A program made the translations under genes and the position numbers. From positions 1-26,504 of IMG/VR virus record IMGVR_UViG_3300025152_000065: a DNA stretch of 26,504 bases. One strand, 5' to 3'. The notes under the pieces are model-generated. The model did not search any database. It saw only the letters and a program-made list of their open reading frames with translations, and was not told where the DNA came from. Numbering within the stretch: position 1 is the stretch's first letter; the number at the start of each line of letters is the position of its first letter. This DNA comes from a virus (lineage: Duplodnaviria; Caudoviricetes). Below, piece by piece: positions 16,473 to 25,819 of this stretch.

Positions 16473-16922
16473 ATGCCAAACGAACCTGAATTGCTGGCGA
16501 CCGACTCTTTTCCGCACATCATCGTGACGATCACCAGGGTAAAAAACGGCAAATCGGAAACCTTGAGCGGGCTCAACGGGATTGAAGTCGCTCGGGCTGC
16601 CGGGAAGTACGAAAAAGACGTAAAAATCAGCGAAGACGGCAAAGTGGGGGTCCGCACGGTCAACGCCAACAGCCGGTCGGGGACGGTAAACCTGGTGCTG
16701 GCCCATCACAGCCCCAGCATCGCTTTTTTGAGCGAGTTGGACGCAGCTGACCCCAAGGACGACCTGGTTGCGATCGACATCACCGACACCATGAACAAAA
16801 AAAGCTGGAAGGCCGGTGTGGCATGGCTGTGTGAGTTTGCTACGGCGAACTTGAAAAAAACCAAGGAAGACCGAACCTTTGCGTTTGCCTCGACATTTCT
16901 GAAGATGGACGCCCAAGGGTAA
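16473..16922 (+). CDS. Tail tube protein (DUF3277-like), paralog 1
   Basis: DGKVGVRTVNANSRSGTVNLVLAHHSPSIAFLSEL motif; follows the sheath. Confidence 0.75.
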   Translation: MPNEPELLATDSFPHIIVTITRVKNGKSETLSGLNGIEVARAAGKYEKDVKISEDGKVGVRTVNANSRSGTVNLVLAHHSPSIAFLSELDAADPKDDLVAIDITDTMNKKSWKAGVAWLCEFATANLKKTKEDRTFAFASTFLKMDAQG

Positions 16923-16927
16923 ACAAC

Positions 16928-17362
16928 GTGGACAAGCCGGAACTCATCACCATCGGGGGGGACCAACTCCAAGTCAATTTTGGAGGTAAGCCCCTCAAAG
17001 GGTACGCCCAAAAAGGCGTAGTCATCGAGCCAGCAGCCCCCAGGTTTGGAACCAAAAGGGCCCTGGGCGGGCAGGTGATCCCGGTGATGAGCAGGGACAA
17101 CAGGGCCAAAGCCACGTTGACCCTGCTTCGAGGTTCCGAAAGCAACTCCCTCTTGGACATGTTAGCCAAGGCCGACCAGTTTACCGGCAAGGCGGCCTTG
17201 CCGTTTATCGCCCACGACAAGGTCAGCGGAGGGTTTTATTTTTCCCTCCAGTCCAGGATCACCAAGGTCCCAGGGTTCCAAAGCGGGGAGTCGGAGTTGG
17301 TCTGGGAGTTCGAGTTGTATTATTTGATCAGCAAAGTTGGTTATATTCCAACCCTAATTTGA
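16928..17362 (+). CDS. Tail tube-like protein (DUF3277-like), paralog 2
   Basis: VNFGGKPLKGYA, SRDNRAKATLTLLRGSESNSLL, LVWEFE motifs. Confidence 0.75.
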   Translation: MDKPELITIGGDQLQVNFGGKPLKGYAQKGVVIEPAAPRFGTKRALGGQVIPVMSRDNRAKATLTLLRGSESNSLLDMLAKADQFTGKAALPFIAHDKVSGGFYFSLQSRITKVPGFQSGESELVWEFELYYLISKVGYIPTLI

Positions 17363-17368
17363 GGCACC

Positions 17369-17965
17369 GTGAAGGGTAAATTTGTTTTATTGTTGCTTGC
17401 CTTTGTTTTGGCAGGTGTGGCCCCGGCGTGGGCCGAATGTTGGTTTTTTTGTGGTGCGGCGGAAGCAGCAAAAGAAAGTCTGGCCGAGAGCTGCGATGCA
17501 TTGTCCGACCCGGAGACCAAGCCTTTGGACTACTCCTTGGACGGAAGTCTGATTCTTTCCCCGGCCCAAAGGGCAAAAAGGGGCACCAATCTTTTTGAGG
17601 CCTTTGGGGCCGGTGTCAGTTACGGATTAAGCCCTGATTGGAGGCTCTTCGGCAGGTACGGGCAAAGCCGAACGACGGTCTTAGAAGGCCAAGTGGAGAC
17701 CCAGGCCCGGACGCTGACCGTCTTGGGTGGGGGCAGTTTTTTGACCAAGCTGCAAGGGGGTAGTTTGCTTGAGCTGTCTGTGGGCACCGGGTGGGCCGGT
17801 GCGGACGGAGAAACCGTCTTTGGCCCTCCTTTGTACCTGCGGGCGCAGTGGTTCCCCTTGCCCACCCTTGGGGTGTATTATTCGATTCTTGACCTCCGGG
17901 CGGCAGATTCCAGGCAACTGGGCTTTGGCCAACTGGGGGTCAGCTTTTCTCTTAACCTCAACTAA
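17369..17965 (+). CDS. Exported outer-membrane beta-barrel protein (Lom/Ail/OmpA-barrel-like)
   Basis: Signal peptide ending AWA; amphipathic beta-strands GAGVSYGLSPDWRLFGRY...QLGVSFSL. Confidence 0.7.
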   Translation: MKGKFVLLLLAFVLAGVAPAWAECWFFCGAAEAAKESLAESCDALSDPETKPLDYSLDGSLILSPAQRAKRGTNLFEAFGAGVSYGLSPDWRLFGRYGQSRTTVLEGQVETQARTLTVLGGGSFLTKLQGGSLLELSVGTGWAGADGETVFGPPLYLRAQWFPLPTLGVYYSILDLRAADSRQLGFGQLGVSFSLNLN

Positions 17966-17975
17966 AAAGGCCTCT

Positions 17976-18719
17976 GTGATCACTCAAAAGACCCTTTCCA
18001 TCGGGGAAAACCAGTACAAAATCCAAAGCCTCCCGGCAATTGCGGCCTTGGCGTACAAGGCAAAATTGCTGAAACAGTTGGCCCTGATCGGCAACGACGT
18101 GACCAGCGCCGGGGATCTGCGTGATTATTTTGTCAACAAGGTTGGCGGGGAGGCGTTGGGGGAGGAAATTTTTAAGCAGCTCGGATCCAGCCCGCTGGCC
18201 AAAAAACTGGAGCCCTTGCGGGGCAAAACCTTTTCCGGGGCCCAGGAACTCATCACGGCGGTGACCGTACAGATGGGCCGTGAATTAAACGAAAAGGAAA
18301 CCGCCCAACTTTCGGAAGCGCTGGGAAAAGCGAAGTTCGGAAAGGACCGGGTCTCGGACGTACTTTTTGGCAACCCAGAACAGATGTTTGGAGTTGTGAC
18401 CAAGCTGTCGAAGCGGCTGGACGACCTGGAAGTCCAAGAGATATTCTGGGGGGTTTTGGGTAGGTCTTTGATTTATGCCTGCGAGCTGGGGGCAGACGGT
18501 GCGGAAAAAAACAAGGCCAGCTTCCAAGCCAAGGACGACAAGGCCCTGGACCAATGGTTTTCAAAAAAACTTGATGAAGCGGTAATTCTTTTTTGTGAGT
18601 GCCTGGTCTTCAACTATTCCAGTTTTCTCGAAGGCCTCAAAAAAAAAGGGAACTGGAAAGAGATTGTCCAGCGGATGGGGATCAAGCTGGAATCAGGAAC
18701 CCCAGATCAGAACGACTAG
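17976..18719 (+). CDS. Tail assembly chaperone (gpG-like)
   Basis: GTG 17976; KTLSIGENQYKIQSLPAIAAL and LVFNYSSFL motifs; upstream of the tape measure. Confidence 0.75.
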   Translation: MITQKTLSIGENQYKIQSLPAIAALAYKAKLLKQLALIGNDVTSAGDLRDYFVNKVGGEALGEEIFKQLGSSPLAKKLEPLRGKTFSGAQELITAVTVQMGRELNEKETAQLSEALGKAKFGKDRVSDVLFGNPEQMFGVVTKLSKRLDDLEVQEIFWGVLGRSLIYACELGADGAEKNKASFQAKDDKALDQWFSKKLDEAVILFCECLVFNYSSFLEGLKKKGNWKEIVQRMGIKLESGTPDQND

Positions 18720-18904
18720 AGCGCCTGCTCAACGAGTCGTGGGACGAGGAACTTTCGGTGCTGCGGTTGGTTGTCACCGAAGGTTCAAACGTTACCCTAG
18801 CAGACCTGGAGACCCGGCTGACGCTTGAAGACGTGTTCAAATTGCAATTGTACCTGGAATTCCAAAAAACGCCGTTTTACAGCCTAAAAACCGACCAAAG
18901 GTGA
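18638..18904 (+). CDS. -1 frameshift extension of the tail chaperone (gpGT-like)
   Basis: A9 run at 18639-18647 (A AAA AAA); the -1 frame is open and encodes TLADLETRLTLEDVFKL; no own start evident. Confidence 0.7.
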   Translation, partial: QKKRELERDCPADGDQAGIRNPRSERLERLLNESWDEELSVLRLVVTEGSNVTLADLETRLTLEDVFKLQLYLEFQKTPFYSLKTDQR

Positions 18905-18908
18905 CCCA

Positions 18909-20795
18909 GTGGCCAGAACTCCCGCCAACCTATCAAAGCTGCTCAAGTCCTACGCCGTCCAGATCAAGGTCATGGTGGACAAGGCCTCGACCAACGAGGT
19001 TCGCACCCAGATCAGGACCCTGGTCAACGGGTATGGAGAGCTTTTTAAGGCAGCAAACAGCGCCAAAGCGGCACAAGCCGCAGAGCTTAGGGGGCAGGCC
19101 CAAGCAGAGCAGGAAAAGCTCAAGATGGCCCGGCTTGCCGAGCAGATCGAACAAGAAAGGCTCAAAACGGCAACGGCGGCAGTAAAGGTCAAACAGCAGG
19201 AGTCCAAAGCGAATGCGGAAGCGGCCAAGGCCGCGGCGATCTCCGCCAAGACCCAGCAGGAGATGAACATCAAGGGGGCCAAAGGGCTGGTTGACATCCA
19301 GACCAAACTGGAGCGGCACCAACAAGCCATCAACATCCAAGCCTTGAAGTTCGCCAGATCCCAAGAACGGGCACAGGGATACCTGGAGATCGCCAAGAAC
19401 AAGGCCAAGGAACTTGCCCAAGCGATCCAAGCGGTGGCCGGGGCCGTTGGGGCCACCCAGGCCCTTAAGTTTTCCGTTGATTCGGTAGGGATTGCCTCGG
19501 GGATCGAAAAGGACAAGACCGCCTTGGCCGGTTTGCTGGGCCCCGAGGGGATGGGGGAGGTCGAAGCCAAGATCGAAAAGATCAAAAAGAGCACCAACAA
19601 CGTCATCTCCGGGGAAGAGATCACCAGGGCGGCGGTTGAGTACGCCCAGCTGGACCGCAACGTGACGAGGTTAAACAAGTCCTTGGACTACGCCACTGTA
19701 AAGGCGGCGGTCTCGGGGCGAAGTTTCGCCGAAGTCATGAAGGCTCAGTCCGACTTTATCCGCGGCGGAAATATCGGCAGCCTAGAGGGGTTGATGGACC
19801 CCGAACTGCTGCGGCGGATGCAGTTGGCACAGATCAACTTCACCAACACCTCCTTGGAGGCAAGGCACAGGTGGCTCCGGGAGAACATCAAGCTCACCCA
19901 AAACGAGATCCACACCTACCAGACCACCCAAAACAAGTGGGACAAGAGTATGGACCGGGCCAAAAACAAGTGGGCGGCCATCAAAGAAAGGCTCGGAAAG
20001 GAGTTTGTCCCCATTTTGAACGTTTTGGTCAACAGCTTGACCCGGGTGTACAATTTTTTGGACCGAACCGACAGTTTTGGCGCTGTGGCGATGATCGTGG
20101 GCGCCGGGGTCGCCGTCTCTGGCTTGGTGGCGGCTTTGGCGGTCTTACCTAGCGTGATTGGCGGGTTACAGATGCTCGCAAAAGTTGGAAGCATTTCAAA
20201 GGTCGCTGCCGCAGGTTTGTGGATCTACCACGGTGCGGTCAAGGCGGTGACCCTTGCCACTTGGGGCATGAATGTGGCCTTGGGGGCCTTTCATGCTTTG
20301 GCGGCGATCTTGGAGGTCCCGGTCCTGGTCGTGGTCGCCTTGATTGTGGGCTTGGTGGCTTTGGGATGGCTGTTGTGGGAGGTGTTTAACGACGAAGAGA
20401 ACCAAAAGAAGATCATGGAGTTCTGGAATTCGGTCAAAGAAGCGGTCAAAGCGGCCTACGAGTGGGTGGAAAAGTTGGTCAGTTCGGTGTTGCCAGACTG
20501 GATCAAAAATCTCCACATCCCCAGCCTGGAGGGGGTGATCAACTACTCCGCCGAGGGGATCGGCGGCGTAGGCTCGGTGGTCGGAAACCTTTGGTCGAAC
20601 CCTTATGGGCCACAAATACCGGCCCCGGTAAACTCTCCCCAGACGGTCATCGACCAGTCGAAATCGACGTTGATCAACATCGGCGGGACCAGCATCACTG
20701 CTAATTCGGGGATGAGCGCCGAAGAGGTAGGGGGGCTGGTTAAAAAGGTGGTGGTTGAAGAGATGCACAAGAACTCGATGGGAGCGATGCCCTGA
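18909..20795 (+). CDS. Tail tape measure protein (628 aa)
   Basis: Ala/Lys/Gln-rich helical N-terminus, hydrophobic segments, W-periodic repeats (FWNSVKEAVKAAYEWV); synteny. Confidence 0.9.
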   Translation: MARTPANLSKLLKSYAVQIKVMVDKASTNEVRTQIRTLVNGYGELFKAANSAKAAQAAELRGQAQAEQEKLKMARLAEQIEQERLKTATAAVKVKQQESKANAEAAKAAAISAKTQQEMNIKGAKGLVDIQTKLERHQQAINIQALKFARSQERAQGYLEIAKNKAKELAQAIQAVAGAVGATQALKFSVDSVGIASGIEKDKTALAGLLGPEGMGEVEAKIEKIKKSTNNVISGEEITRAAVEYAQLDRNVTRLNKSLDYATVKAAVSGRSFAEVMKAQSDFIRGGNIGSLEGLMDPELLRRMQLAQINFTNTSLEARHRWLRENIKLTQNEIHTYQTTQNKWDKSMDRAKNKWAAIKERLGKEFVPILNVLVNSLTRVYNFLDRTDSFGAVAMIVGAGVAVSGLVAALAVLPSVIGGLQMLAKVGSISKVAAAGLWIYHGAVKAVTLATWGMNVALGAFHALAAILEVPVLVVVALIVGLVALGWLLWEVFNDEENQKKIMEFWNSVKEAVKAAYEWVEKLVSSVLPDWIKNLHIPSLEGVINYSAEGIGGVGSVVGNLWSNPYGPQIPAPVNSPQTVIDQSKSTLINIGGTSITANSGMSAEEVGGLVKKVVVEEMHKNSMGAMP

Positions 20796-21343
20796 TGTTT
20801 GGACTCCTCGCTTTTGAGCCCAGTTTTCAGGCGGAACTGCCGTTTCGGCGGCTGGCCGTGGACGGCATGGTCCGGGAGTCCCACAAATACAGCTCCAAAA
20901 TCGCCCAACACCCGGTCGAGGAGGGTAGCCCCGTTACCAGCAACATCCGTTTGTTGGCGCCGGTCTTGGAGATCGAAGGGATCTGGACCGACACCCCGGT
21001 CCAGTTCGTCAACGCCCTTTTTGGGACCCTGAACAGCTCCGAGGGCCGGTCTGTCGAAAAGGTGTTGGATCTGATTGATTTGAGGAACAAAAAGAAGCTT
21101 TTCGACATCGTCACCAGCCTGGGGGTGTACAAGAACTATTTCTTCCAAGAGCTTACGTTTCCAAGAGAGGTGGAGGACGAATATTCGAGCCGCTTCACCG
21201 CCACGTTGGTCAAGATCAACTACGTCAAGGCCGCCTTCGGGGTCAGGACCATGATTGGTTTTGGGGTAGAGGATACATTGGGGCCGATCAAAGAAGTGGG
21301 GGCTGTAACCCCGCAGTCGGTCCCACTCAAACTTTGGGGTTAA
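20795..21343 (+). CDS. Baseplate/tube initiator (Dit-like) protein
   Basis: ESHKYSSKIAQHPVEEGSPVTSNI and FDIVTSLGVYKN motifs. Confidence 0.8.
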   Translation: MFGLLAFEPSFQAELPFRRLAVDGMVRESHKYSSKIAQHPVEEGSPVTSNIRLLAPVLEIEGIWTDTPVQFVNALFGTLNSSEGRSVEKVLDLIDLRNKKKLFDIVTSLGVYKNYFFQELTFPREVEDEYSSRFTATLVKINYVKAAFGVRTMIGFGVEDTLGPIKEVGAVTPQSVPLKLWG

Positions 21344-21691
21344 GTGAGCGCCATTTATACCGTCCAAAACATCCCCGTCTTTCGTGGGGCGAGGCATTAT
21401 GCCCAGGACGTGGTCTTGGACCGGGTGATGTACCGGTTTGAAATTTTGCGCAACGACAGGGACAACGGGTTTTATCTGGACCTGTGGTGTGGACAAGAAC
21501 TGGTTGCGGCCGGGATCAGGCTGGTATCCGGTCACGACCTCTTAAAGCCGTATAGCCACAACAAGCTTCCTCCAGGGAGGCTTTTGGTCGTTGATCTGGA
21601 CGCAAAGACTCCTGGGGCGGAGGGCTTGGGCAGAGACCCGGACCCGGAAACCTTTGGAGACCGGGTGATCTTGGTTTATCAGGGGGTGTAG
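21344..21691 (+). CDS. Small baseplate protein
   Basis: YRFEILRNDRDNGFYLDL, GIRLVSGHDLL, TFGDRVILVY; synteny. Confidence 0.75.
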   Translation: MSAIYTVQNIPVFRGARHYAQDVVLDRVMYRFEILRNDRDNGFYLDLWCGQELVAAGIRLVSGHDLLKPYSHNKLPPGRLLVVDLDAKTPGAEGLGRDPDPETFGDRVILVYQGV

Positions 21692-22567
21692 GTGGAACCT
21701 TCAAGCCTGTTTGGTTGGATCTACGAATTGGAGATCACCCCCTTTCGAGGGGGACTGCCGTTGGTGTTTACCGAACTGCGGGTGGAGTTCGAGATCAACA
21801 AGGTCATAGGTGCGGATCTGGACCGGGCCAATTTTAAGGTCTGGGGCATGGGCCCCGACACCAGGGAAGCGGTGGACCAGCCGTTTAACGCCAATCTGCA
21901 AAGAGGCTCCAAGCTGGCGTTTAAGGTGGGGTACGAGTCCTCGGGCCTGTTGGCTCTGGTGTACAAAGGTGAATCCATCGAGGTGCGGAGCTGGCTGGAG
22001 GGGGAAGATTGGGTCACATATTTTGACACCGCCACGATGTACGGGGCACTGGCGGTGGACACGCTCACGGAGTCCTTTAAGCCTGGGACCGGGGTGATTG
22101 ACGCCCTCAACAAGGTGGCCGGTAAAAATGGTCTCCAACCCAGTTTTTTTGGGGAGGTTTCGGCGTTCGTCAAGAAGCGGTTCATCAACGGCAAAAGTTT
22201 TACAGGAAACCTCAAGGCGTTTTTAAAGGAACTGATGGCCGACGTGTCCGGGATGTTTGAGATCACCGTCACTAGTGAAGGGGAGATGCAGGTGACCCAG
22301 TTCGGGATGCCCAACGGTGATCGTCCGGTGGCGCTGCGCAGCGACACGGGGTTGTTGGGGGCGCCGGAGCCGTCTAGGACCGGTTGTAACCTAAAAACCC
22401 TGATCGACCCCAGGATCAGGCCCGGAACTCCGTTGGTGGTGGTGGCAAAGTCGCTCTTGCATTACGGGCAAAACTACACCGCCACAAAGGTAACCCACCG
22501 TGGAGACACCCACGGGGCAGAACTGTTGAGCGAGGTCGAAGCCCTTTTTTTTCCCCCGAGGTTTTGA
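21692..22567 (+). CDS. Baseplate hub protein
   Basis: LRVEFEINK, FKVGYE, TGLLGAPE, LIDPRIRPG, VTHRGDTHG motifs. Confidence 0.8.
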   Translation: MEPSSLFGWIYELEITPFRGGLPLVFTELRVEFEINKVIGADLDRANFKVWGMGPDTREAVDQPFNANLQRGSKLAFKVGYESSGLLALVYKGESIEVRSWLEGEDWVTYFDTATMYGALAVDTLTESFKPGTGVIDALNKVAGKNGLQPSFFGEVSAFVKKRFINGKSFTGNLKAFLKELMADVSGMFEITVTSEGEMQVTQFGMPNGDRPVALRSDTGLLGAPEPSRTGCNLKTLIDPRIRPGTPLVVVAKSLLHYGQNYTATKVTHRGDTHGAELLSEVEALFFPPRF

Positions 22568-23199
22568 TGCGGCCTGGAAACGAAAACGCTATGAAGATCG
22601 TCTTGGAACGGTGGTTCGACAAGGTCATGGACGACCTAAACGTCAGCTGCCCGGCGACGGTGGTGGCCTACCACGCCGCTTCGGGAACGGTGGATGTCCA
22701 GCCAACGGTCGGCACGAAAGGGGAAGACGGACTCCCGGTGGTTCCCCCGGTTCTTCATGAGGTGCCGCTCAGGAGCCCCAGGACTATAAAAGCCATGATC
22801 CGGATGCCGATTGGTGTCGGGGATCTGGTGGACCTGATTTTCACCAATAAAAGTTTGGAAGAACACCAGTCCGGGGCCGGGATAGCTCCGGTTTTTCCGC
22901 TGTCAAAACGGCGGCACAGCTTGTCTGATTGTTACGCCATGCCCCAGGGCGAAACCAAGGGCAACCATACCCCTTCTTTGGCCGAAGGCCATCTGGAGGT
23001 GATCCTTACCCCTGGGACCAAGCTGCACATCGGCAACGGGGCCGATGATCTGACCTCGATCCTCTCTGACCTGCTGGCGATCCTAAAAGGACCGGTGGCG
23101 ATGGGTGGCGTGGCCTTCCCTGGTACTCTCAACCTGGTCAACCAACCGCTGGGCCCTTTGGACCTAGTGGAACTGCGGTTGGCCCAAATCCTGGTTTAA
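22567..23199 (+). CDS. Baseplate spike (Gp138/gpV-like)
   Basis: PATVVAY...TVDVQP, VPL..P, PIGVGDLVDLIF, RRHSLSD motifs. Confidence 0.85.
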   Translation: MRPGNENAMKIVLERWFDKVMDDLNVSCPATVVAYHAASGTVDVQPTVGTKGEDGLPVVPPVLHEVPLRSPRTIKAMIRMPIGVGDLVDLIFTNKSLEEHQSGAGIAPVFPLSKRRHSLSDCYAMPQGETKGNHTPSLAEGHLEVILTPGTKLHIGNGADDLTSILSDLLAILKGPVAMGGVAFPGTLNLVNQPLGPLDLVELRLAQILV

Positions 23200-23201
23200 A
23201 C

Positions 23202-23459
23202 GTGGCGGGAACAACTTTAATCCAAGACAAAAGCTACAGCAGCTTTTCGGAAATTGAAGCGGACATCAACACCGTCTTGGCCGGGGTCAAAGGGGACGCC
23301 TTCGGCGATGCCACCTTGGCCAAGAACCTGACCAAAATCATGGAGAACCTGGTGGGAAGCCTCAAGGGGACAAGCACGGTCAACGGGCCAACAGACCCCT
23401 ATGGCGGGATGATCCCAGGGGCAACGGGAACGATCAACAAAGGAGGGATCACGCTGTGA
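23202..23459 (+). CDS. Small hypothetical baseplate-region protein (possible spike tip)
   Basis: In-operon ORF with a Gly/Thr-rich C-terminus. Confidence 0.6.
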   Translation: MAGTTLIQDKSYSSFSEIEADINTVLAGVKGDAFGDATLAKNLTKIMENLVGSLKGTSTVNGPTDPYGGMIPGATGTINKGGITL

Positions 23460-23536
23460 AACTGGAAACCTTGTACCTTATCTTGTACCTGAGCCCCTTC
23501 GCCGCCTTAGCGATCATCATCCGGTTTTGGCCGTGA
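23456..23536 (+). CDS. 26-aa hydrophobic microprotein MKLETLYLILYLSPFAALAIIIRFWP
   Basis: RBS AGGAGG; GTGA overlaps with both flanking genes; exactly fills the gap. Confidence 0.6.
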   Translation: MKLETLYLILYLSPFAALAIIIRFWP

Positions 23537-23901
23537 AAGACCTCAAAGAAGTGATCGTAGGCGGAAGGCCTGTTTTAATTTTAAGTGCGGCCAAAGACCT
23601 GGAGCTTGCATCCGGATCCCAATGCACGGCCCAACTGGCCCGTGCCTCGGTGCAGATGATCCGGGGGGAGTGGTTTTTGGACCGGACCTTGGGGCTGCCG
23701 TTGTTTGACGAAGAGATGACCCGTGGGAAAAACCTTCCCATTGCCAAGGCCCATTACCGCAGCGCAATCGAGCAGACCCCCGGAGTGACGGCGCTTAAAA
23801 GTTTGGAGATCAACCCCAAGGGGAGCAGGGTAGAAGTCGTTTTTGAGGCGATCACGGACACGGGAGAGCAGATCAACAACAACGGAGTAAACGGTGGGTA
23901 A
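23533..23901 (+). CDS. Baseplate wedge / sheath initiator (gp25/DUF2634-like)
   Basis: RGEWFLDRTLGLP and AIEQTPGV motifs; GTG 23533. Confidence 0.8.
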   Translation: MKDLKEVIVGGRPVLILSAAKDLELASGSQCTAQLARASVQMIRGEWFLDRTLGLPLFDEEMTRGKNLPIAKAHYRSAIEQTPGVTALKSLEINPKGSRVEVVFEAITDTGEQINNNGVNGG

Positions 23902-25093
23902 TTTGATTTTTGAGGGGCAAGAATACGGACTTTTAGAGACCGGATTGAGGATACCGCCCTTTAACGTGCTGCAAAAAATACTGGAGGCGGACCTCAAGGC
24001 CGTTTTTGGGAACGACATTGCGCTGACTCCGACCTCAAAATTCGGCCAATTTCGGGACGTGTTGTCCGAGCGAATGTATCTGCAATTTGAGGCACTTTTG
24101 GCGCTTTACAACAGCCTGGACCCGGAGTTGTCCACCGGGCAGGCCTTGGAGCGAAACTCCCACCGGATCGGGGTTTACCGGAAAAAGGCGCTTCGTAGCC
24201 GGGCCCCTGTGCTTCTGAGCGGTTCCCCCGGCACGCTGGTCCCCAAGGGCAGCTTGGTGGCCCACAACTCAAACGGGGTCCAGTACCGGCTCGTTGAAGA
24301 CGTGGTGATCGGTGCCGGTCCGACCGGCCTTGATACCCTCGGCAACGTGGCCCAATTGGAATCGGTGGAGCACGGTGAATTTATTGCGGCGGCTGGTAGT
24401 TTGTCGGTGATCCTCACCCCAAGGTTTGGCTGGGACGGGGTCAGCAACCCCTTGGACGCAACTCCTGGCCGCTTGGCCGAGACCGACCCGGAACTGAGGA
24501 TCCGGCGGGAACAAACCCTGGTTTCCGGCGGAAACGGCAAGGCGGATGCAATGAATGTCCAGATCGGAAACTTGGCCACGGTCACGGCGGTAACGTATTT
24601 CGAAAACACCACGGACCAAGCGGACGGGCGGGGGCAAGCGGCCCACAGCCTGGAATTCTTCGTGATCGGCGGAACAGAGGCCGAGATTGCGGCCCTGCTT
24701 TGGCTCAAAAGGGGAACCTTCGTTAACTTCCAGGGCAACACCTCCGTGACCGTCAACGACTCCGAAGGGTACCCGCAGACGGTCCGGTTTTCCAGGCCCT
24801 TGTTGGTGGAGATATGGGTGATCGCCGAGATCCAAACCGGCCCCAGCTACCCGGCGGGAGGGGACGACTTGATCAAGGCCAACCTTTTGGCCAGAGGTTC
24901 GGCCCTGGGGATCGGGGACGACGTTGTGGTGGACCCCTACCTCAAAGGAGCGCTGGCAGACATCCCCGGTATTTTGGGGGTCACGTTGAAGGTGGGGACG
25001 GCCCCATCCCCTACCCAGAGTGCCAACATCCCCATCGACATCACCGGGATCGCAGTGTTTGCGACCCCAAGGATCACGGTGGCCCATGTTTAG
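23894..25093 (+). CDS. Baseplate J/gp47-family protein
   Basis: STGQALER, LSGSPGTLVPKGS, GRLAETDPELRIR, VRFSRP motifs. Confidence 0.92.
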   Translation: MGNLIFEGQEYGLLETGLRIPPFNVLQKILEADLKAVFGNDIALTPTSKFGQFRDVLSERMYLQFEALLALYNSLDPELSTGQALERNSHRIGVYRKKALRSRAPVLLSGSPGTLVPKGSLVAHNSNGVQYRLVEDVVIGAGPTGLDTLGNVAQLESVEHGEFIAAAGSLSVILTPRFGWDGVSNPLDATPGRLAETDPELRIRREQTLVSGGNGKADAMNVQIGNLATVTAVTYFENTTDQADGRGQAAHSLEFFVIGGTEAEIAALLWLKRGTFVNFQGNTSVTVNDSEGYPQTVRFSRPLLVEIWVIAEIQTGPSYPAGGDDLIKANLLARGSALGIGDDVVVDPYLKGALADIPGILGVTLKVGTAPSPTQSANIPIDITGIAVFATPRITVAHV

Positions 25094-25102
25094 GAGGAAG
25101 CG

Positions 25103-25819
25103 GTGAAATTTATTGCTGACCACCAGGGGGAATCAGTATCCAGGCTACTTTCGGCCTCCAAGGGGAACCTGGAATTTGTGGGGCTGGTGCGGGCGGCGGT
25201 CAGACCGTTGCAACTGACCGAGGACCTGATTGCGGCGATGTGGGACGGGCTGCACCTGGACCAAGCGGTCGGAAAACAATTGGACCTCGAAGGAAAGCAC
25301 TTCAAGGAGCAGAGAGGTGGCCGGACGGACGAGGTTTACCGGGCGGCCCTGGGCGGGAAGTGGGGGGAATACCAACAGTCCGGGGAGCCGGAGGTCCTGA
25401 TCCCCATTTTTAAAGGGCTGATCGGTGCCTACCGGGTCCGCTGGATCGATTGGGAGGTCCACCGCAGCCCGGTCGTGGAGATGATCGCTTATTTGACCGT
25501 CAACCAAAAAACAACAGAGACCCTGAGTGGCATTTGCCGGACGGTTAAAAAGTCTGCCCAAAACGGCGGGGATATGCGGTTGGCCTTTTTTACCGACCAG
25601 ACCCTGGACCTGTTTGTGCCCCATGAACTGAGTTTTTTTGAGGAGGTGTTTTTTTGTTTTTTGTTTGCTTTTATCGGCGAAGCGACCGGCCCCAAAAACG
25701 AATTTGTTTTTGAGGGCGAATCTCTGGAACTGCCGCAATTTCAGTTTTTATCCAACGAATCCCTGCCGGTTGGGTGGGATGATTCTTACAGGCAACTCTC
25801 TTTTTACCTCAAACCATGA
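25103..25819 (+). CDS. Baseplate protein (DUF2612 / gpI-like)
   Basis: LDQAVGKQLD..G...R...TDEVYR motif; follows baseplate J. Confidence 0.75.
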   Translation: MKFIADHQGESVSRLLSASKGNLEFVGLVRAAVRPLQLTEDLIAAMWDGLHLDQAVGKQLDLEGKHFKEQRGGRTDEVYRAALGGKWGEYQQSGEPEVLIPIFKGLIGAYRVRWIDWEVHRSPVVEMIAYLTVNQKTTETLSGICRTVKKSAQNGGDMRLAFFTDQTLDLFVPHELSFFEEVFFCFLFAFIGEATGPKNEFVFEGESLELPQFQFLSNESLPVGWDDSYRQLSFYLKP

